Notes under the pieces: generated by a model
The model's input: only the letters and a program-made list of their open reading frames with translations
The model's database searches: none
What the model was told of the DNA's origin: nothing
Position numbers and translations under genes: made by a program
DNA from: Antedon mediterranea
Lineage: Eukaryota; Animalia; Echinodermata
Assembly (NCBI RefSeq): GCF_964355755.1
Contig: NC_092670.1
Location: 24,972,795-25,036,794 of the forward strand
Direction: 5' to 3'
Length of the DNA: 64,000 bases
Shown: positions 15,101-25,700 of the stretch, piece by piece
How positions within the stretch are numbered: position 1 is the first letter of the stretch
Layout: each line of letters starts with the position of its first letter

Positions 15101-15931
15101 AACTTGTAAAAACAAGGATGGGAATGCATTGATATTTTATAAATGGAACAAGCTTACCTCACAACTAAGACTCCTGACACATGCATTACGTACAATACTG
15201 AATAGTTGTGGTTGGTCTGGATACTGCATGCTTACATAGCTAATATGAGCCTCATGGTCACTACTGACAAAACCAGGCTGACCAGGTTGGAATGACCGAC
15301 ATGCCTAAAAAGACAAAAATACATAATAATAGTAGGATACTGCACCTAATTACTGGTAATTGAGACTTTAAAAAGATAATTTATTTGTGGTTTTTAATTT
15401 TGAGTGGTGGTACAAGTTCAAGTAATCTTTATTATGTTTATAACAACTGGTACAAATTTGGTTGCTGGTTATAATAGACAGAGAAACAGATATGAATAAA
15501 AGAACAGTGAAGATATTTTTTTAAATTTTAATGGTTAATATGGGGATGTGAACACAAATTTGGGCAAAGGATCATTCACATACCTGACCTCTTACATAAT
15601 ATGTGACCCTAAGGAGCATAGAAACTTTTGCAATAAGAAAAATAATAAAGTATGTATATTTCCACAGAATGTTTCCAAAAATAAAAATACCAATTTATCT
15701 ATATAATTCTACCTCACAAAGTTCTGTCTTGGGGTTGTTGGCAATTCCAGACTGTGATGATGCAGATCCTGTACTGGAAGATCTACTTCGTTTCTTTGGA
15801 TAGTAAGAGTTCTTCTTTACTTTACCATCCAGTACATCTTGAGGATCGGCCGCATGAAATGCTTGTGTGCAGAAGAGGATGCTAGGCCCATGAAGCTCAC
15901 AGAAGTGGCATAACGCCATCACAGCATTCAT
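129..15931 (-). CDS. FLCN: Folliculin, multi-exon, 3' end outside the window
   Basis: GT-AG exons with consistent phases: 15931-15713 ([23 protein letters not shown]), 15304-15158 ([17 protein letters not shown]), 2353-1867 ([14 protein letters not shown]...[15 protein letters not shown]), 1615-1437, 1235-1122 ([12 protein letters not shown]), 774-516 ([16 protein letters not shown]...CNFLGL), 231-129 (GPTILAKIE...[10 protein letters not shown]). All match well-known folliculin segments. Confidence 0.96.
2378..3415. repeat. 22-bp minisatellite array 1 (~47 units, consensus ACAGAAAAAGTATGGAGACCTC)
   Basis: Directly visible tandem repeat beginning ~25 bp from the FLCN splice acceptor; source of the Lys-rich ORFs at 2568-3440. 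Confidence 0.95.
4255..6135 (+). mobile_element. Helentron/DINE-1-like non-autonomous element, interrupted near its 3' end by a TIR element
   Basis: T-run then AGTCGCGTG...GCGACT 5' inverted repeat; (CGGT/CTGT)n microsatellite block repeated at ~4280-4360 and ~4930-5015; sub-TIR CACGCGACT at ~5024-5032; 3' hairpin GGCTGTTGGCC followed by TTGTTT at ~6119-6135. Confidence 0.7.
5035..6113. mobile_element. Non-autonomous TIR DNA transposon (Harbinger-like termini)
   Basis: TIR GACCCCATTTACACTTCA / TGAAGTGTAAATGGGGTC, TA on both flanks; repeated TTTACACT and GCCGGC subterminal motifs; internal ~70-bp inverted repeat (~5455-5523 vs ~5736-5803). Confidence 0.8.
6256..7143. mobile_element. PIF/Harbinger-like MITE
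   Basis: 20-bp TIR GGGCCCGTTTCTGCTGCCAA / TTGGCAGCAGAAACGGGGCC, 3-bp TSD ATA, repeated ATATACCGTAT subterminal motifs. Confidence 0.85.
7449..9569 (+). CDS. TRIM-NHL-type E3 ubiquitin ligase (TRIM2/3/56/71-like), single-exon CDS nested antisense in an FLCN intron
   Basis: 706-aa ORF from ATG 7449: RING (CSIC...CLHSFC..C...CPMC), B-box1, B-box2 ([23 protein letters not shown]...H), coiled coil, filamin-like segment (PIKQSPFTI), NHL-like beta-propeller repeats. An acceptor TTTTACAG at ~7433 suggests an upstream UTR exon. Confidence 0.93.
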   Translation: MATSKLNQFLQDVDEDLVCSICQERFQHPKSLQCLHSFCLSCLENWVKTNNGKLTCPMCCTSYPIPDGGLKKLPPNTFLNNMLENIDKFQKKDNIKCVCGTTEQAIHYCKECRHYLCFTCSKQHNKFPMLASHALLAAGEVQSMTPQQLAALNPPLCSSHNKPLELYCTKCKEPICIHCAVTEHQAVDQNHKTIEIVKAFESFKESAQQLKSTAQHYKGKLENGLKELTENSKKLKESKEMSIKDINNQVKQVKQIIQKKGDEMKKKVDTIYENEKKTNDLEMEKLRAITAELDTNVSFLNQSLKSEPATAMMSSEIALNTLKDQMDNSEEIKQNDNGQINFFGNKHEIDLLKQHDIGIVTQINVKVPKHVIQGETIVAKIRKTHQVGPNQLTATWTHATGLIKIGQLVKKDNEYVIRRVYKNPGICTLNVYFNGTPIKQSPFTINIEKKGLVNDFEVDGQPTGLVKCADDCLLISSFTNEIHKYKQSGECISKITLPEGVQVYKMYKMKNDNIAFSDENCIKVCDMNGLLIKSIGEDVLNDPRSIHIDEATNIIYVADGNTQCVLMFDIYSGKELMKIGSQEEVQYGYNDVTLTQTGKVLVTDWENGQIVLYDNEDKSLKVLINEGDEDGNVIEPQGVVVDEDDNIIVSSHHKLQLFSSDGHFIKRIDQKADGINDPEQLCIISSNPRRIAIANYGGSNIKIFNY
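9890..11207 (+). mobile_element. Non-autonomous Helitron
   Basis: Begins TC after a host A and ends CTAG before a host T, no TSD; 3' hairpin CTAGATGGTACG...CGTACCATCTAG (11171-11207); absent from the paralogous flank at ~14220-14240. Confidence 0.85.
11700..13608. repeat. 22-bp minisatellite array 2 (~86 units, CAAAGAAAAAGTAAGGAGACCT and variants)
   Basis: Very homogeneous tandem repeat of the same family as 2378-3415. Confidence 0.97.
13609..13728 (+). pseudogene. 3' remnant of a second TRIM-NHL copy (last ~39 codons and stop; homologous flank continues to ~14765)
   Basis: Reads [39 protein letters not shown] versus [39 protein letters not shown] at ~9450-9569. Downstream non-coding sequence also aligns with 9570-9889 and 11208-11590. 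Confidence 0.9.
13943..14071. mobile_element. Tourist/Harbinger-like MITE (family also at 59196-59342 and ~63781-63934)
   Basis: TIR A(G/T)CTCTGTCTACACTATC, TSD TTA; empty site GCTTTAGA in the paralogous flank at ~9737-9744. Confidence 0.85.
14619..14754. mobile_element. hAT-type MITE
   Basis: 8-bp TSD TACTAGAC (14611-14618, 14755-14762), imperfect TIR ~CAGCGTTCCGCAACC, internal GGGTCGC repeats; a single TACTAGAC at the paralogous site 11579-11586. Confidence 0.85.
14889..15080. repeat. 22-bp minisatellite array 3 (~8 units)
   Basis: CACAGAAAAAGTATGGAGA(C/T)CT repeats ~80 bp from the FLCN splice donor. Confidence 0.93.
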
Positions 15932-16593
15932 CTTGTACCTAAACAGATTAAGAACATTGAAATTAATGATATAAAAGTATTTTTACCGTTTGATTGGTTA
16001 TTTTTAATCATTCAATAACATGGTTCAATAATTATTAATAATCAATAATGATACTAATCATATTGTTAAAGGAATTTATGTACAACGCGATAGGCCAAAA
16101 ACATGTTTTGCTCCACAACCTATTGAACTGCTGAACACAAAAGCTTTGGTTTTATCAAAAAATAATGAAAAATACTTTGCGAGGTTTGAAATTTTCAGAT
16201 AGACATATGCTTGTCAATAAATGCAAATGATCAATAAGTAGCCCATAACACTCATTGTCTTACATAATGCTGTTTGTTTTAACTAATCTATACGATTGGC
16301 CTACGCTGTACTATATCACTTTTACACATTATATTATCCTAAAAAATGAGCTGTATCCACTTGTAGGTTTCGTAATTGTGGCTTTGGTAATTAATTTTAA
16401 AATTATATTAAATTAACATGGAAATATATTTTTAAATGATTTTCAAAAAGCACATTACTCCATTAAAACCTGTAAAATAAAATTAAAACACAAATTTCTG
16501 TATAAAATAGGATAAACATTATAATGTATACGACATTTAGCAATTGATATCAAACGCAGCCCATATGATTAACGCCTTGACTAAAGATGCGGG

Positions 16594-18673
16594 GGATCCA
16601 GTCAAGTCGCCCCATCGCAAAGTCGCCCCATACAAAGTCGCCCAATACAAAGTCGCCCCATCGCAAAGTCGCCCCAAAACAAAGTCGCCCCGGCACAGTC
16701 GCCCCATCTCAAAGTCGCCCCATTACAAAGTCGCCCCATCGCAAATTCGCCCCATCGCAAAGTCGCCCCAACGCAAAGTCGCCCCATCGCAAAGTCGCCC
16801 ACTGTTTTAATCATATCGGTTGCGTTTGATATCGATTGCGTTGTTACTTTGGTCGCGCTAAATGTCGTATACATTAATGTTTATCCTATTATATACATAA
16901 TATGTGTTTTAATTTGTATTTTACAGGTTTTAATGGAGTGATGTGCTTTTTAAAAATCATTAAAAAAATAGTCCCTTGTTTGAAAGTTTTAAAAAGATTA
17001 TCCATGATTTATAGTTTCGAAAATGTTAATTTAATATGATTTTAAAATTAGCTACCAGAGCCACAATTACAATTTCTTCAACCTACGCGATACCAGCTCA
17101 TTTTTTAGGATAATAGCCTATAATAAATGTATAAATGTGTAGTAGGCCTTCGTATAGATTTACAGTAGTTAAAACAATAACAGTGTTGTAAGACAATAAG
17201 TGTTATAGGCTACTTATTGATCATTTTGCATTTATTGACAAGTTATGTGTCTTAATTTTATAATGACTTTTCAAAATGAAGAAAAAAAAAGGGGATTTCA
17301 TCGCCGATATGATTGTTTTACATGCAGGTATTAGTAAAATTAAAACGCGACATTTTGACCATGGAAAAACCATCGTACAGTATTGTGTGCGTGTTTTTTA
17401 AAAAGGGGAATCCCCGACGGTCAGCAGAAAGACGTAGCAGCTGTGAGGAAACAGATACCAGAAGGCGCAGCTCCGATTGGATTCAGAGAATGTTTCAGAT
17501 GGCGAGTCGCCTTTTATTCAACAGCACAATGATCATTTTACTGAAGAAATTCTTTTCAATCCTTTTGGTTATAGAACATTCTAATTATAATGCCTAATAA
17601 ATATCCTCATATCAGGTTTTTATTTAATTTTAAATTAAACAAGACAGTGAAGAGGCACGGAATAATACGTACACGGACGTACGACAAATACACACACGCA
17701 CGTTATCATTTACGACATATAGTGGTGATATGATGCAATTTTATAATGGGATATAATGATGGGATTGCCTTTCCAGGAGTCTTACAATCAATGTTCACTG
17801 TAATACTATGTATAAAATAGTAAACTGAATGTTTATAAATAAATTGTTTTACGTAATTTGTTGCATATAAAATAAAAGACACAGACGTAGCCTACGTTTC
17901 CTATAAAATATTTCACATTTAAATAATTATGTACTGTTAAATGACATTATGCTGGATAATACTATATCTTAAACTATGTTTACAAATTGTCATTTTTTAA
18001 GCCACACATCTTCTCATCATAGGCCTACTGACCTGTAAAATAAAAACAAAAATCAATTATTAATATAGGCCTAATAATAATAAATATTCATCGACCAAAG
18101 TAAAAATAATCTAGATCGTATAACATCATTTTATCGCGACCGATTTCGAACGCGACTGATGATATCATCGTAAAACTCCGGCGGGGTTTCTCCATCTTCA
18201 GATGGTGCGTTGTAGAGTGCGACAACGGCGGAGTAATTACGGGGGTTTCCCTCTGGTAAGCTAGCACGTTAGAGTGCGACCGCGGAGTGCGACCGAGTGA
18301 TTAGTTGGGGGCTTCCTCTCTGATGATATGGGGGTGCGTGCCGATCGTGTGACCTGAGACTACATGGCGGGGCTTTCTTCCCCTTTTATGCCTACACGTT
18401 CTGTGTTATTTTGTGTATCATTGCAACATTTTACGCACTTGTAAACTATTTTTTAACGTTTTGGGGCGACTTTGCGATAGGGCGCGACTTTGTGATAGGG
18501 CGACTTTGCGATGGAGCGACTTTGCGTTGGGGCGACTTTGCGATGGGGCGACTTTGCGATAGGGCGACTGTGTCTGGGCGACTTTGTTTTGGGGCGACTT
18601 TGCGATGGGGCGACTGTGTAAGGGGCGACTTTGTATGGGGCGACTTTGCGATGGGGCGACTTGACTAGCATCC
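16594..18673. mobile_element. Mutator-like non-autonomous element with tandem-repeat TIRs
   Basis: ~200-bp TIRs made of ~16-bp AAAGTCGCCCCATCGC units (16594-16801 vs 18461-18673, inverted); flanking 9-bp near-duplication AGATGCGGG / AGATGCGGT. Confidence 0.8.
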
Positions 18674-18864
18674 AGATGCGGTACCATATCCTAACTTCTG
18701 TTTGCTAAAGGTGTACGTACGATAAAATTGCTTTACTGTACGTCTTAATCAGCCATGGGGCTGGCAACTTATTTATTACTAAAACTATCCTACTGCTCTG
18801 GTCGGGTATTTTCTCGCTTATTTGTTTTCCGTAATTATAACTTGTATGTTAAATAAATAATTAC

Positions 18865-19204
18865 CTTATTTGAATCACTAATAAAGAGGGAATGACAGCA
18901 TTAAGATGATACTTTTGTAGAATTACTGTACTGTATAGGCTAGGCCTAGTATTATGAGTATGATGAACACTTGACACCACCACACACTTGACTCACGGTC
19001 AGATGATTTCAGATTTCAGTATTGTTTTGGTGGTTAACTTATGGAAAATTTGCGGTCTAACACGACATACAAGTGTTATATACAATATAAGAGAAAGTCA
19101 GGGGATTGTTGGAGTGTGGAATGTTTGTTGTTGTTTATCATGACACGACACAACTCGCGGCTAATATAAATCGAATTAAAACGTAAAAATACATTTATAT
19201 AAAG
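18865..19204. promoter_or_regulatory. Putative bidirectional promoter and non-coding first exons of FLCN (-) and CCP110 (+)
   Basis: Both ATG exons are preceded by AG acceptors (15939-15940; 19731-19732). Candidate donors AAG|GTAATT on minus at 18864 and AAG|GTAAAT on plus at 19205. Inference only. Confidence 0.35.
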
Positions 19205-19309
19205 GTAAATACTGTATAAGAGTAAAATAAGGAACATAGGTTACATGGGATCAGTCTGAGCCTGAGCTCTTCCATCCAAAAACCTAACCTCGATTTAACT
19301 AAATTAGCC

Positions 19310-19630
19310 GCAGCCGGCCTAGCGTAGGCGGCCTACTTACTACTACTACTACTACTAGGCTAGCTAGGCCTACTAGGCTAGTACTACTGACGGTGTACTA
19401 TAGGCTAATCCCCTAGCTAGTAGGCCCTCTAGAAAGGAGGCCAGGTCTAACATTAACAACAGAACACAGCCAGTAAAGTGTCGTAGTAGGGGCCAAGCCA
19501 AGGCAGCCCCGGCTGAATAAGACAGTCGACTACGTTGGAGTTTAGGACTGGCTAGCCTACTACTAATAACTATATAGATGGGGCTGCTTAGTTGGTAATT
19601 ATTTTGAGAGTTTAGTAGGCCTAGTAGAGC
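19310..19630. repeat. TAGGCCTA/CTAG-rich low-complexity tract
   Basis: Dense GGCCTA, CTAG and (TAC)n words in the putative first intron of CCP110. Confidence 0.7.
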
Positions 19631-19735
19631 CACTCAAATCTAAAGGTATTTCTTTTTTAAACAAAATTCCACATAGATAGATTAAATATATCAAACAATT
19701 TTTTTTGCTTTTGTTTATTATACTGTATAAAGAAA

Positions 19736-22700
19736 ATGGAGGAAATTCAGAGACTTCTTGATCTTTACCAACGACTTGCAATTGAATCTGATCATGAAAC
19801 TGAACAAGCAAGTTCGACGTTTGTTTCTAAATTTAAAATTAATTGCTGTCCAATTATACCACCACTGGTAAGTATTTATTTACTGGAATGGATTACAACT
19901 GTGAATATTTTTCAATCCCAATTTTATTTTTTTTATGTGCAACTTTTTAACTGTACAAAATATGGCTACTACCAATATATTTGTGGTTTTTTGGTGTTTT
20001 TTTTTCTTCAGATGACCGATAAAAAACGAAAAGAGATGGTTGCTTACCGAAATTTAGCAGTACAGAAACAGGAAGCCATTGAAAAATACCGAAAACAGAA
20101 ATTGATTGATAAAGTACAGGCTATAGTGGACACCATAGATGTAAGACATTACACAAGGATTTATTTTTGATGCAAAAAGCATGAATGCATCCTCACATGT
20201 TGTATTTAAATAAAAAAAGTATTTCATATTTTTCAGGATAAGAGAACAACACCTCAAGAAACCCATGATGTTTCTAATCTAAACTTGAAACCAAAAGAAA
20301 TTGTGCAATTGGGTCAACAGTCTTTGCAGATAATATTATCAAGCACCGAAGATGATAAACATGGCACTAATGTCATGAAAAAAGACAACACTCATGAATC
20401 AAATACATCGATAGTCATACTAAGTACTAGCGGAAGTGAACTGACCTCACCAGTTGATGGAAAAACTAGTGACAAACCAGATTGCAAGATTCTAGAGCAG
20501 CCATCACCACCTAACATCACCAGTGACTGTCTTACCCCTAAAGAAGTGGTTTCATCAAGCAGTAGCGGCACCGACAACAGTTGTCTGTTACCGACAGTAG
20601 TTCCTGCAAGAGGTGTTGTCGGTCAAGAGCTTGATTCGATTACTATTCTTGCTGGAGATTCACAAAGTTCTGATAATTTATCAAGGAAGTTTCCAAGTGT
20701 ACAAGATAGTTTGGATTTTGAAAGAGTTAGAGAGAGTGTTAGCGATTCTGAAACTTTAAGGAATTATCTTGGTGAATATTCTTCATTACCGACTCCTGGG
20801 CCATCATCAACTCCAGATGTATCCACAGTATTATCACAGAATACCAGATTGAATTCAGACCCATTACATACAAAACTGAATGATGATACGGACGAAGATA
20901 AAACAGCTGATAGCGTGATCGTTTTAACAACAGAGAGTAGCGTTTTAGACACCCTGGGTCAATCCTGTACTCTCCCAATCAGTCTTGTAACTGAAAGCAC
21001 CTGCTCAACACTCTATGAAGTTTCAGAACCGTGGAACATGCCACATGATTATCAGACTGATTTAGAAAATACTGAAGGATCAACGCCAACTCCATCACAT
21101 GTGAGAAGGAACTCTTACACATTGGATTATCCTTCACCAGCACTTCTTGAGGCACAGGCTCAAAACCGAGCACCCCATATTCAAGGTCAAACCCAATCAA
21201 AGTCAGCACGAAGAGTTCTTGACTTGTCTGATCACTATCGGGATTCCTCTCAAGAACCAGATGAGATAATTTCAAACCAGAAAGCGTCTCCTGATGGACA
21301 AGGAGATGACTTTCAGAGCAATATTGATTTGGAAATTAAAAGTACTAAGACTGAAAGTAAAGATGACTTCTCCAAGACCAAAGTGCAATGTACTGATGCA
21401 GTTGAACAAGCAATGTTCGATGCGAAAGGATTTGACCATGAATCTGAGACAAGTGTGAGTTATCTGCAGCAACAAATGGATCTTCTGGAGACTATGCAAA
21501 AGACAATGATGGAAGAACAACAAAGACAACTACGATCTCTTATGGAACAGCAACAATTGCAACAGCAGAAAATGCATGAAGAGATGGCAGAGTTGGAAAA
21601 ACAAATGCATGATAGAAATCGTATAGAATCACAGATGACTGTTGCAGAAGACCAGAGTTCTGATCATGTAGGACTTGATGCAAAATTCGTAGAACGTTCT
21701 TTTTTAACAAATAGAGTAATTGATCGTAGCTCTTCTTTGGTATCAGATAGCACAGGTTATCAAGCACGTGATCATTCAAGCTTTTCTACCAATGGTGATG
21801 ATAGACACAATCCAAAATGGAAGGCACCAACAATACAAAATATGAAAGTAAGTGTATGTTTTGGGACATGTTTACTTCTTGTAATGTCCTAGCCTTATAA
21901 TAACCTTAATGTATATGTTGTTTGTTTACATTACTCCAAAATTACATCTACTGTTGTGCTATTTTCTATCTTCTTTAGATTCATAATGATACACCTTTTA
22001 ACAAGGTTTCTGCTGTTACTAAGGGTTACCTAACGAGGAAGTTGATGAAGACAGATAAAGTGCAATCAATTATTAGAACAATAAAGGTAACACCATTCAT
22101 TTCATCTTGAAAAAATGTTAAAACCGAGAACATTAGTTGAAAAAAAATTGTCCAAAATTAAATTTAAAAAACTGGTTCCCCAGTAATGGTAATACTACTT
22201 TTTCAAACGATTTTGTATGTTTATTTTTTATGTAGTTTTCAATTTGTATTTGTAGGACATGTGGCAATTTATATGGCAATTTCAAACTGAGACACCAGTC
22301 AAGAGAGGGGTGTTATCAAGTTCAGACACAGTGCTAGCTAATAGAGTTTTTTCACAGGTTAGTTTATATGCAAAATTCATTGAATATGCCAAATTATCAT
22401 GATGATGGATGAATATTAATTTTATGGACAGTTGAACCCATTGGTAGAAAATCTATGAATTCAATAACAATGGCAAGCATTCTTCATAATTTTAAAATTT
22501 AAACTTATATCGAGTTTCTAACAATGTTCCAGCAAGCCCTCTTTTAAATCTAGGGTATACCACTGTATGCAAGCAGCAACCAAATTTATTTAAAGCTGTT
22601 TTTTTATCTTGCAGTTGCGGGCAGCACAGTTTGAACTGCATGACATCTTCTTTAATGTGTCAGTTACTGAAAGAATGGCAATCATCGGCCATCAAAGAGT

Positions 22701-25700
22701 TTTGAATCTGGACAAATCCAAGGTATCAGATACAGATTTTATTGTTTCTTACGAAATTAATTATACCCTTTTCTTTCTTAAAGACCCCTTCCCTACATTT
22801 TCTAGATCTAATTTAAGATCACAAACTATAAAAAATACTATATTGTCCTATTGCGATAACTTTTTTCTTCTTTAAATGGTTAAAAATGTGAAAAACAAGT
22901 CGATTCCAATAATTATAGTGGCCCGCTATAAATCCCAAAATGCATTGCGCTAGGATTGATATTTTTGTTTTTCTTCTGTGATTCACCCACTTTTCGATCG
23001 ATCGTGAGGCCAAAACAAATGAAAGACTTCTAACTTTTCAGCGAAAATACCAGGTTTTCCCCAATTTGTATCAACGGAGTCCGGCAAAAATAAAAAGATA
23101 ATTAATGCAGCAACTATACAGCGTCAGGCTAGGTATATAGCTAGTGTACGATGTTCGTATGTTACCGATGTTTACCAGCTAGGCCTACAAATCTAAGCCT
23201 AGCTAGGCCAGGCCTAAAGGCCGTCCACGAGAGGTCATTCGCCGCGAGCTACTTGGGTAGTGCATTGTTTCTCACTTTTTATCATAATTTACCATAAAAC
23301 GTACATTTAAGACAAGGAATGACCTGGTTTAATGTTTTTAAAGTAATATATATGTAGTATTTTAATAACAAAACAAAAATTAATCAAGAACATTACATTC
23401 TAATTTAGTACATTAAATTTAATATATATATAAAATAAATATATTATGAAGGTTGAAGTGTTGCCCGAAAGCTCCGCTAATTTTTCTGGCTTTGGCATTT
23501 ACTTTATCATTTGATTTAGCTTTTTTGCTTATTTTATCTCCATTGAGATCCAGCCACCGATACCCACAGCATTGTCATTATTTTCAGTAATTTGCCTTTG
23601 GATTTATATACAATAAATATGATATATTGATCAAAGAATGTTCTACCTACTCTTCAAAACCAGTATAAAATTACACATAAAATATGCACTTTTTTATTTA
23701 GTTATTCATTTAATTTGTTTATTTATTTTTATATAATGCAAGCTTTGCTATTTTCGTCTCCCTTGGAATTTGTTTGTTTTACCTAAAAAATTTCTTTTTA
23801 TGACTGTATAAGGTAAATAAATAAATTTCAAATTTAATTTTTAGACAAATAAAGAGCAAGGCCAAAAAATATCAGCTGCGACTCGTAAAGCAATGGAACG
23901 AAGACAGCAAATAAGGTAAACACAATACTAACTATCTTAGGAAACGTAGTAAGATATATTTAGAAATAAACCATTGAAGAAATTTAATAGTTTTGAAAAC
24001 TATTCTATGTATACACCATATTTTGTGCCAAATTCAGAGTTAGGTCGTGCGCATATGATAGCAATTTTTAAAAAAGCGTTCGTACACAATTTATAGTAGA
24101 TATAAAAGGCCACCTTGTATATATTAAAGGGTGGTTGGTCTGCACCCATGGACAAACAAATTCCCTATGAATTGACTTATTTTTCTTTTGTAGAACTGCA
24201 GAAATGAAAGTATTTGGTCGTCCACAAACAGCGCCACCTGCAGACTATAAACACATGCAAACAAGTGGGAAAAAAGGAAAGAGCAGTTTACCTAACCATA
24301 AAGAAAATGTAGAGGATAAGTAAGTATTATAATATTAATAAGGAAGAAAGCCACTCCGAGAGTGCATACCTCCGTCTACTGTAAAATTCTCCTACATAAG
24401 ATTTCTCCGCTAAAAAAAAAATATATATATATATATATTTTATTTTTTATGACTCACTTCTATTAAGCACTATGAGACAACTGTGTCACTTATGTTTATA
24501 TTTCACCTGAAGAGTGCGGCCAGATACAGGCTGGTCGTACGAAACAAATTTGTAGTGATTAAAACAATGAAGTAACCAAGTTTTCTGCTGTTATTTTATT
24601 TATTTATGCTCTACCTTGGTATTGAGCACTCTATCCTAACGGTCTGATAATTTCAACCTGAATATATATATATATATATAAATCGTGGTGAATTTAACGC
24701 AGACCATGAAAGCGAAAGTGCTCGATACAAAATGTAGAGCCAAATATAAATAAATGAAAGACGCTAGTAAATTACCAACTGAACATTTTATTGCACTACA
24801 GGCTGTTTCATGAGTATGAACTCAATCTTCAGGTGCTTGGCTCTGAATGATAGTCACAAGTGAATACAAAAAGCTATAATGAAGTCTTAAGGCAAACTGT
24901 TTATGTGAACAATAGTATGCTAATTAGCAAGTACAACACATCTCTATTTCCTGGACAGTCTATTGTTAACCAAATTCTTATTATCTAAATTACTGATACT
25001 TTAGTAGAAACTTTCTCCTATGTCTACATGCACTGACTAATTCGTTCCTATGGTTATATATATATAAACAAATCAGGCAAAGAACATTAATTCTAAACCG
25101 CCCGGTGAGATACTGAAATTTAATTAATTAATTAATTTGAAACGATAAAGATGAGGAAATCTGTGAGAATGAGAAAAAGTCGCCCCAACTGAGACTCGAA
25201 CTCGGACAGCCTGCTATATATATTTGTGTGTGTCTTAATGCTGTTTGTGATTAAGGCTAATTTCACTACAAGCATGTGTATGCGAGTTTGGTGTAATGGT
25301 TATGTAACAAGCCTTTCAATTAACAATAGCTTAAATTGACTAACAATAGAACAGCAACGCGAAAATCAAATGAGTGAATTTGAAAAGAAATAGGTTTTTT
25401 AAACTACTGGCATCAAAAAACGTGCAATTACAAATCACAAATTATAACTCTTGCCTCTTGTACAAAATGAAGTTTTTTGGACAAGTAGTTCTCGAGAAAA
25501 TGCAATTTCAGTTTACTTGTTACTTTAAGACTGCTCGCCGGCTTTTGAAAAATTCTGTCCTATCTTTTATCACTAGCAGGTCTGAAAAGTATACTCAAAA
25601 AGGGTCCAAAATTTGGACCATGGTCCCAAATGGTCCCAAAATTTAATGGAATGGTCCTTGACCACATATGTATATTGATTTTGGTAAAGATCTTGTAATT

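Noticed and set aside
16544-18687. KVAP/KSP/GDFA repeat ORFs
   Set aside because: Products of the ~16-bp TIR repeat units, open on both strands.
20285-21892. 535-aa stand-alone ORF
   Set aside because: It is the large internal exon of CCP110 (20237-21847), bounded by splice sites.
23535-23610. Sequence shared with ~50895 and ~52496 as a possible conserved intronic RNA
   Set aside because: More simply explained as fragments of a dispersed repeat; no snoRNA boxes or stable structure evident.
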